Positions 54,256 through 64,000 of a stretch of 64,000 nt of DNA are shown in pieces; position 1 is the stretch's first letter; every line of letters begins with the position of its first letter. The notes under the pieces are model-generated. The model worked only from the letters and a program-made list of their open reading frames with translations. It searched no databases and was not told where the DNA came from. The DNA comes from the human T2T-CHM13v2.0 reference genome, Homo sapiens, in the NCBI RefSeq assembly GCF_009914755.1, contig NC_060937.1, one strand, 5' to 3'. Made by a program: the position numbers and the translations under genes.

Positions 54256-56586
54256 GCCATAAAATGTGCGCTCTTCAAGGGCAGGGCTCTGCCTGAGTCA
54301 TTGTTAAGCATCCCCAGTGCTTAGCTTAAGTAGGTCATCAACAGATGTTTGTTAAAGAAACACTGGTTGGATGAAGAATGAATAACTTGCATGAATGGAT
54401 GGTCTGGAAACTATAATGGTGAATGAGTCAGTGATATTTACAGCACAGTAAAACAAAAACCCAGCCACCTCCTCCCCTACCTCCCTGTCAAAAGAAGGGC
54501 CTTCAAGAGGAAGGAGAGGGAGACACTTGAGTAGGATGGCTATGGCATGTAGCACGACAGGGAAGACGTCCGCTGCTGGAGCTCCTCATCCAACCCTCAG
54601 GAACAGCAGCACAGTTATTGGAAACGGACTCAAGCTTCCTGGCACACAGTGTCTGTCTGTGGAGAAGCCAAACCATGTCTCTCCCAAATGCAGACCATGA
54701 AATAAAAGGCAACTGGAGAGGGTATCATTTCCCTTTTATAGCTCAAATGAGAAAGAAAGGAGAAGGAAGAGAGTGGCCCATTGTCTGTGAGGGCAGAGAA
54801 GGAAAGGATGTCTGCTTGCAGAGAGGGCAGATTTTAAGAATGAATGAACCACATTTATGACAGGAAGCTCTTCATGAGTGTCCTCCCTATCTCCTGTCTT
54901 AGAGCAGAAATACTTTCAAGCAAGTATCTGTTTGCATTATCCTTTTTGCATTACTGCCCAGAAAAGAATTGCATGTGGCACTTACGTTACATAAATGTAG
55001 ATCCAGCCCCACTGTATGTGACTGCGCAGATGTGTAATATGAATGGTGGAAGAAATCCAGCATGGGAAGAGGGAAAGCTGTGTCTGGCTCTCGCTAGATC
55101 TGATGCAAGTCCTTTGCCTCTCTAGAATTCTCTTTTCCCTTGGATAACATAGGGGATTACAACATTATCTCCCTGGATCCCTCTCAGACTGATGTTATGT
55201 AACTGTGGTTTCATGATCATGTTCCGTGTGTCCATGTTGCCCAAAACAAGACCAGATCCATGGCTGTGAAAGAATGATTAACATAGATTCAAAGTTCTTT
55301 ACTCACTGAAGCAAGAAAGTGGAATAAATAAGCAATTTAGAAGGATTTTCAATAACAAGGGCTGAAGTAAGAAAGTATTTTTGTTTAATGCTTGATTTTC
55401 CTCCAAATGAAGTTTATATGTCCTAAGCATTTTAAATTACGCTTTGTCTTAAGTATTTTTAAATAGCTTCCCACCAATTCCCAATACTTTTCTTTAGAGT
55501 GTATATAATTTCCATGAGGTTTAAAAAAAGGAAGAAAAATACAAATTGAATTTATTTAGGTAATGCTCACTAGGGTTTTCTTTTGGTCCATTTAATGATA
55601 AACTGTCTCCAATATTTATAGATATCCTGTGCTCGAGGTTTTTTGTTTTTCTTGTAGTATCTACAGGGATGAAAATCTTAAGTAGGCAATAAGATTTGTA
55701 AACAATTTATTTGCTGTGTATTGAGTTGCATTTATCAAATCGAGTTTAAAATGTACCAAGCGAAACAAATTGGGTTGGAATGAATCCATTTATGAACTTT
55801 ATTTCATTTGAATTGCAGACTCAGTATGAAGTCAGAACGCTGCTTGTTCGATCCATTACGACTTCTAAGACAAGACCGTGGTGTGGTCCCTGACAAACTG
55901 ATCTCTGGTTCCTTCAAAAACCCTCTCCCCTTTCTCTTCACTGTCTCCTGTAGCCCTTAGCAACTGACATTGATAATTACTTTTTCCATTCAGTTCAACC
56001 AAATTTATTGGGTGCCAGGCTCCGTGCGTGGTGGGTTTAGGGTGTGAGTCTGGTGTTTTCTATAACATGCAGTGAGGGGTGTGTCTCATAGAACTTGGCG
56101 TTAACAAACTCCTTAGGCTATATTGATTGTCTATTAGTATTAGTAATTTATTGTTTACAGATTATTCTCCACTATTACATTGTTCCTTCAAAGCTGGCTG
56201 CCTTGGCTGATTACCCTAATCTCATTATGTAGAGAGGAAAGGAAAGCTCGACAGGTGCAGGAACACCCCTGAGTCCAGTTGTATGAATACAAATATCAAA
56301 AACAAAGTCCATGGAGACACAGACCCCACTTCCTCCCCAGCCTCCTCTCTCTGTTGCTTTCTGGCAGCCCATGCTCTGGCCCACCTGAATTCCTTTCAGG
56401 TCCTCAGACACACCCACTTTCTATCACCTGCACACTCTTGTATTAATATTCACTCATCTGTCTGCCCAGCACTGACCTCTCGCTGTCACCGCGTTTCGGG
56501 TCGCAAATAGCTACCTCTTCCCTCAACCTTTCCCCCCACGGACACCCCTGCACCCCACACGAAGTACTTGTTGAAATAGAGCTTCT

Positions 56587-57056
<470 letters not shown>

Positions 57057-57729
57057 CAGAGCTTCCTCAAGGGCAAGGAGCATGCCTGCTTCTCTTCTGT
57101 TCTCTTTGAGATTGGGATGCACCAACCAACATGGTAGCTCCTCGGTATTTGTTGAATGAATTTCTGAAGAGGTGAATTGATGGGAGAAGAAATGACAGGG
57201 TCGCTCTGACTTTGCTTCCATAGCCACCTAAGCTCTCACACACCCAGCCCTGCACCAAAGCAATTGCGGGGGATCAGGAGAAAGAATTCCTGTCTTCAAT
57301 GCCAACCACCCCAAGGCTTGTGCCTAGAGTGAGTTTGGACACAATACATTCAGCTAATGATGATAGAACGTCGCTTGTGCATAATGACTAAGGAGTAGAG
57401 TACAAGGCAGGGTGAAAAAAACAAATGAAATCAAAAGAAGCGAAATAGCCTCCAATGGTCTTGCAAATAAAACTCAACCTGCATGAAAATCAATGAGAAA
57501 AAAATAATTCGTCATGAAAATGATGGAGGCATATTCACAGCTGGCCGGTACTGTACAGACTCCTTCAGATCATCTCAGAAACTTAGTCTCCTTTCGCGCT
57601 GCCACAGGCAGCTTTAGCCGACCCTGTGCTCGGGGCTGACCCAGGGCCCCTGATCCCACACTGTGGCCCCTGATGGTGGCCTTGAGGCCTGGCTCCCAGG
57701 CACTCCTGCTTTGAGTGATGCTTCGTGAT

Positions 57730-57936
57730 TAGGTCTTGTCCAGACCATGTACAGGATGCCCAGTTAACTTCGAATTTATGATAAACAACAAATAATGTTT
57801 ACTGTGTGTCCCAAATATTGTACACTTGTACTAAAAAAGTACTTGTTGTTTATCTGAATTCAAATTTAGCTGGGCTTCCAAGCTTTGGTTCTTCTTGTTG
57901 TTTTGGTTGTGATTTTTGTTGCCTATGGCAATCCTA
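57730..57936. mobile_element. MER53 palindromic DNA element, second copy
   Basis: acaggatgcccagttaa...gataaacaac...gtcccaaatattg...gttgtttatctgaattcaaatttagctgggc. Confidence 0.8.
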
Positions 57937-58869
57937 GCTCCTGGGAAGATTCTGGGTGTCTGGCGAGGCGCTTCCTATGCCCACATTGACTCCAATCCTC
58001 AGGACGCTCCTTGGCTCTGCCTCCCGCCTGGGGTCCCCCTTCCCTTCCTGACAATCTGGACCAGGTTTTCTCTCCACCTTAGGCTGCCAGCAAATGCCTG
58101 GCATCCACATCCAACCCACCGGCCACAGACCTCCCGAACTGCAAGAGAATACTTCGCCCTTTGAATTTCTACAATCTATTTTTCTGGCCAATTCCTTTTC
58201 TTCTCAGTCTTTTTTTTTTCTCTTGCTACTTTTCTAAAACTCTATATTTAAAGGGTAAAAAAGTCTTGTTTTTTTTTTAACACATGCTGGTCAGGGCTCA
58301 TGTTAGACATCAGTGTGGTTACATGTTTCTGGGATCAATATATACCTATCCGAGAACACAACTCTGGAAAGTGGATTTTCACATCAATTCCCGTTATGTG
58401 TGTGTATGTGTGTGTGTGTGCCTGCGCGCACACATCTGTGGTTATGGCCAATCCTTTCTCACGATACCTAAGGCCCTCATAAAGTCAGTGATGTAAAACT
58501 GGACACCAGCAGTGGAGCCAAACCACACAGAGACATTTCACAATCTCAGGGCCTAGAATTCAGAATTCTGTTTTCAATACTATCAATGGCCACTTATGAA
58601 GGGAACCTCCCTGGAAAATTCCAGTGCATGCCTGGCTTCCTAGATGACTAAAGGACAAAAATGGCCCTATGGTGTTTGGGATCTAAATGAGGAGGTGTTT
58701 GGGCTGCCTTAACACCAGTTTCCCATATGGAACTCTATTCCTGAGATGGACTGACAAAACCAGGTTCCTGTGACCTTGTAGACAAAATATAAGATGCATC
58801 TAAAATGTATTTTTCTTTTTAATTTCACCGTCATCGGATTTGCTTTCCTAAGGTTTAGCCCATTCCTCC

Positions 58870-59410
58870 TTTCAAATCTTCATTGTCATCTACAAGGTAA
58901 AGTCCAAACTCCTGAGTGTGGCTTCAAGGCTGTCTGTCTTGGGCCCCTCCTCTTTCACGCCTCCGGCACCGTCTTCCACACATCTCCTGACTCTACTGAT
59001 GCTGCCAGGAGGAACTACACAGATCCACACCCCACAGCCCTATGTCTCTGTTCTTACCATTTCCTCAACCTGGAGCTCCTCTGCCCTTCTCCAGCCACCA
59101 AAATCCCCTTGCTCTTCAAAAAGTCATCGCAGTTGCTGCCTCTTCCGGAAGCCTTTATTCATCCCTGGACCCATCACAGATGATTCTTTCCTCCTAACGC
59201 CCTGCACAAGTGGCTGCAGCTTTTCCCACCTACCTGTTTCATTTGGCACTAGGTTCCTAGGAACATCCCTCTGTCTCTCATTAGACCTCAGTTCTTTGAA
59301 TATAGGATCAATGACCCATTTTTCATCCTTTCCCCTCCCAAAACTCGCCCCAGACTTTCCAAATGGTGACTGTGGAGTAAATATTTGTTGAATAACTTTG
59401 TTGAATTTTC
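58870..59410 (+). mobile_element. L2 relic
   Basis: aaagtccaaactcctgagtgtggcttcaaggc...taaatatttgttgaat. Confidence 0.6.
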
Positions 59411-60499
59411 ACCCAGTCAACCCCGAATGGAAAAGGCAGTTCCCACCGGGATAGATGAGGTCACCTGGGATATTTTCAGACCCACAGAATGCAAAAGGAT
59501 GCTGGGGGGTTACCTCATGTATCTCTGCCTCCAGGCAAGCTCAGTAAAGCCCAGACAGGGAGGCTCAGCCTTGGACTGCTTGCTAAGGAAGGAGGGGGAG
59601 TCATGGTGCCTCCCTAATACTCCTTGGCAGGAAATCCTCCGTGCAATCCATCTTCAAGCCTGTGTGTTGGTCATTATTGTTACAGCAGCATTTTAGCGGC
59701 TGGTTTTTATTATTATAGGATTAACTGAGATTGCTGTGCCTGCCCCCAGAGGCTTTTTAAAGCAACTGTTTTAAAATTGAAAGCACCGTTGGAGAGTAGA
59801 GCTAATAAAATATCCTTGGTGGGTGCATCCTATTTAGCAAAGTTTCATACCTTCAGCCCCCAGGACTGGTAAAAATTAAAGATTTTCCCATACTTCAGCA
59901 TTAAAAGAAAAACCAGCTGTGATTTTGTACTCCATGTTTATTTGGAATCACTCTGTCATGAAAAACAGGAAAGGGAGAATGTCTAACACTCCTTTCTTTC
60001 CCATTTTCTTTTACATGGCTAATGGAACCAAATTTCTTATAAAATGGCTTTTCTTTAGCACTAACTCCCAAGCAATGGATCTTTCCCTGAAATGTGTGAG
60101 CATTGGTGGCAGGATTCATTTAGAGAATCTCTACATCATTAATTTAAAAGATTGCCAAGCTAAATACAATGAAGGCACAATGCGGTGGGGCAGGAGGTGG
60201 ACCACCCACTGGGGAAGCCAGAAGGGTGACTGGCCCTGTTCTCCCAAGAAGACAGGAAACACTTTATTCCCGCATTTATATCCAGCCCCCACCTGCCACT
60301 CACTCTAAGCCCCCCATGCCCTTCCCTGCCAAACAGGCTTATCCTCTGCCCTTGGGTATTCCTCACAGACCTGTTGTCAGGGGAAAACACCCGACCACTA
60401 GCAGCCCTGACCCTGACTTTGTCTAATCCCATCAATCAGCCATGATATTTGAGGTCAATGCTGGCCATGTGTCAGTTTGTGCAGAGCGGTGTGAAGAGG

Positions 60500-60690
60500 G
60501 TTGGCTCTGCCATCAGAAGCTCCAGGGTTTGAACCCCACATAGTAAACTTATTTGTTCTTTAATGCTGGATAAGTTACTCTACCTCTTGAGCCTCAGTTT
60601 TCTCACTTATAAAATGGGAATAAAAATAATGACCTCATCAGGTTGCTGAGCTAGGTGAGCTCATGTACATAAAGCACTGAGCATGGCAGG
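60500..60690. mobile_element. MIR
   Basis: ataagttactctacctcttgagcctcagttttctcacttataaaatgggaataa. Confidence 0.75.
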
Positions 60691-61194
60691 TCCTTCTGAG
60701 CAACTCCTACCCTCCCTACTTACCCCCTAAATGCATTCTGCATGTGGATTCCATGGTCAACCCTACATACAAAAGGGGGAGGAGTGATGGCTTCAGAACT
60801 GTGTTGGAGGGCAATCAAGTGGGCCATATTTGAGGAAATAAAGAGGGAGGTCCCTTCCCAGCACCTGTAAAATCCCCGCACATTGACTGCCTCTGGTGCC
60901 TCTTGGGCAATAAACCCTGGCATGCGCCCCTCCCTGCAAGAAAACTGTGGAGAGCAAACTCCCCCCAATGCTCATCCTGGACATTCTGCACCCAAGCCAT
61001 TTTCTGAGGGAGGTCAGGGTGAAGCCCAATGCTGCTTGGATTCTTTATATCTCCCTGTGCTCAGTCCATGCCCTCCTGCTTGCTGCAGATCTTGGTTCAG
61101 CAGGGAAAATGTGGCGGCCACAACTTAATTGGTTGGAGATGGAGGCAGCAACCCTGCCCTACCCTTGAAGATCTCCAATTACTCTAAGACTGAG

Positions 61195-61590
61195 AATAGC
61201 GCAAAGGTTCCAGTGGCTTCCATTCTCATTCAGGGTAAAAATGGTGTGGAGCCCTCCCCCACCCACCATCCTTATGTCTCTGATCACATCTCCTGCTAGG
61301 CTGCCTCACTGTGCTCACAGGGGAACCCACTCCCCGTTGCTTTTTCTAGAACATTCTAGAGCACCTTCTGCCTCACAGGCTTTGCATTTGCTATTCTGTC
61401 TACCTAAGGTACTCTCTCCCACACCAAATTCACATTGCTTGCTTCTTATCCTTTAGGATTCTATTAAAACACCCCCCATTTTGCTGGCTACATTATTTCA
61501 AATTGCAACTTGTTACTTACCCCCTCCCTCACTTAGTTTTCCCTGTGGCATATCTCACTGCCTCTATCCTACCATTAGAATATTAACTTG
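61195..61590 (+). mobile_element. L2 relic (probably continuing at about 63340-63470)
   Basis: ttccagtggcttccattctcattcagggtaaaa...tctgcctcacaggctttgcatttgct. Confidence 0.6.
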
Positions 61591-62077
61591 CAGGGGCTAT
61601 CTCAAGAGATCCCCCTCTAAGTTAATATTCTAACAGTGGGGTCCCTCTGGTCTTTAGTATCCAAACTTCAAAGAATATGTACATCTCTCAAAGCAATATT
61701 TTCTTCAATCTACAATAATATAGGAAAAATGTACACTTATGTCCTGCTAGCTCAATGTGACATCTTTAGTAAAATGATGTGCAGGAGAATCTCCAGTTAC
61801 AATAGAAATACAATTGGTAGAATGTCAGAAGTGTGTGCAGGTGTTTTGAAAGGCAAGCTGCGTGACAGCAAGGACTGTGCATCTCGAGGTTTTTCTCTCT
61901 CCAGTCTCAAAATTCTTTGCTTAGTGAATAACAGTTCATTTCAGGAAATTGCTTTATTTTTTACTCTAAAAATAAAAAGTTACTGTAAATTTTACCCATA
62001 TTTTTGCTTAAAAGTATTAAATTACTGGCTATACGTCTTATTTATTTGCCAGGACTCACCTTAAAGGTAAGGCTATG

Positions 62078-62372
62078 GGCCAGGCACAGTGGCTCACACC
62101 TGTAATCCCAGCACTTTGGGAGGCCGAGGCAGGTGGATCAGCTGAGGTCAAGAGTTCGAGACCAGCCTGGCCAACATGGCAAAGCCCCATCTCTACTAAA
62201 AATACAAAAATTAGCTGGACGTGGTGGGCCCCTGTAATCCCAGCTATCTGGGAGGCTGAGGTAGGAAAATCACTTGAACCCAGGAGGCGGAGGTTGCGGT
62301 GAGCCGAGATCATGCCACTGCACCCCAGCCTGGGCAACAGAGCAAGACTCCATCTCAAAAGAAAAAAAAAAG
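62078..62372 (+). mobile_element. Alu (AluS-like)
   Basis: TSD aaaggtaaggctatg. Confidence 0.95.
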
Positions 62373-62661
62373 GTAAGGCTATGTATGGCATGGTGTGCAA
62401 ACGGATTTGTTGCTGCACACAGGATGACTGTTAACAACCTTGTTAATTGATTAGAGACCAAGACAAGTGATGATTTAGGCATTCATAATAATATATTCTA
62501 CAGGTGTTAACTGTGTTTAGGTTATGTGTTAGGGAAGTGGCTAGAGGTTTTGGTGTTCTTGTAACACATCACCATTTCCTCCATTTAACATAAGGAGAAA
62601 TGGATTTCCAGGCTGGGTTATTGCACAGAATGTCTAATTTTCAGCAACAGATTGCTGACCT

Positions 62662-63330
62662 TGAGACTGCCTTTGCAAAAATTATATGAATGAGAAAATT
62701 ATGACAGTAAAAGAGATCTGATTTAACCGACAACCCCATCTTGCCTTTCCCTTAATCATTCCTGGGCTTAGGCCAAGTTAACTTTGAGACACATCTACTT
62801 TATAGTTTAAATGATGACAGGTGTTCCCCTAAACTCAATCGCCTTTGTAAATCTAATGAAAGCCCATTAGGCTAGGGAGAAGAGAGGAGCCTGATTCGGC
62901 TAAGACGTAGACACAAATGATTGCCAGCCACTCCTGCAGATAACACCACTGTTGTAGATTGGCCTTTTGAGATATCTTTTCAGGATTTTTGCATGTCTGA
63001 CACCCATGGCTCCACCTGGACCTGCCAACCTCCCTCTGGTGATCCCTGCTGGCAGCAATTCAGTATTAGAGGAGATCTTCAATCTCCTATGATTTCATAT
63101 CCACCCAAACAACTGGCAGCAGGCACCCACTCCATAGTCACTTCCACCCCTTTTCCCAAACTGCCTTTGAAAAACCCTTAGTTAGGAACTAAGGGCCTTT
63201 GGGGAGACTGACTTGAGTACTAACTCCATCTCCTACATGGCGTGGCCAGACTTGCGTCTATTAAAGTTTTTCTTTACTGCAATGCTGTGGTCTTTGTGCA
63301 GCAGGCAGGAAAAGCCCATCAGGCAGTACA
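62662..63330 (+). mobile_element. LTR8/LTR8A-like ERV1 solo LTR
   Basis: tgagactgcctttgcaaaaattat...gaaaattatgacagt...gcagtaca; flanks acct/gcct. Confidence 0.8.
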
Positions 63331-63808
63331 GCCTGAGGAGGGAAATGCCTGTGTTGTTCTTATTTGTTTTGCTTGATGTCTATCTGCCCTCACTAACATG
63401 CAAGATCCATGTGAGCAGGACCTTCAATGTGTTTTGCTTCCTGATGCTTCCCAGAACATTGTAAGAGCTCCGTATGTCCTGGTGAAGGCAAAATCTGTCT
63501 CTGGTATATTGGACTCCAGCAGGAACTACCTAAGAAGGGACCGGCTACCTCTGGGCTTAGCGCTGGCCACTATGTGGACTCATACTCTCCTCATAGGCCA
63601 CACTGCCAGGAGGGGAAGACTGAAAAATCCGTGTAGCTCTGTGGCTTGCAGAAGATTCCCAAGGACCACAGGTTATACCTCATCCAAGCAGAGTTGCCAT
63701 TATAGCACAGGAGCTCTAAAAGTCCATGTAAACTAGAGCAGGGAGGCTGCTAACATTAACTGAGTGCCCGCCATGTGAAGCAAGGATACACACTGTATGC
63801 ACACATCA

Positions 63809-64000
63809 TGCAGTAGGCTGCTTGCAAATGACTCCTAATGATCCCTGCCTCCTGGCATTCACACCCTTCTACAGTCCCTTGTTTTTGTGAGCAGACTGTG
63901 TCTTGCTTCACAATAAAATAGGGCAGGTGAAATAGGTTGTATTTCTGAGGTCAGGTTATAAAAGCCTGTGACTTCCTTCTTGCTGGAATTCCTTCTCCCT
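63809..64000 (+). mobile_element. MLT1 (E/F/G-like) LTR 5' part, cut by the window edge
   Basis: atgactcctaatgatccctgcctcctggcattcacaccctt. Confidence 0.65.

Noticed and set aside
55250-56000. AT-rich repeat-free block, possibly conserved
   Set aside because: No feature supportable from sequence alone; needs conservation data

Overview
Primate genomic DNA, most likely human or great ape given an L1PA2-type 3' fragment. It is intergenic or intronic and dominated by transposable-element relics. I recognise no protein-coding gene, tRNA, rRNA or CRISPR array; the ORF track is explained by Alu, L1, microsatellite and chance frames. Contents: an ~8.5 kb composite old L1 (L1MA-like, both ends and a 15-bp TSD kept) inserted in a MER5-like element, about 17 Alu/Alu-monomer copies, MaLR (MST/THE1/MLT1), MLT2, MER31-, MER34-, LTR8- and LTR33-like LTRs, MER82-, Tigger2-, MER53- and MER5-like DNA transposons, L2/MIR/L3 relics, microsatellites and a 6 x 58-bp minisatellite. 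The most unusual signal is a cluster of three separate locally templated inverted duplications between 12.9 and 22.4 kb. There is also a probable old L1 3' transduction at 4055-4370. Repeat subfamily names come from recalled consensus sequences and need RepeatMasker/Dfam confirmation; coordinates of old repeats are approximate.
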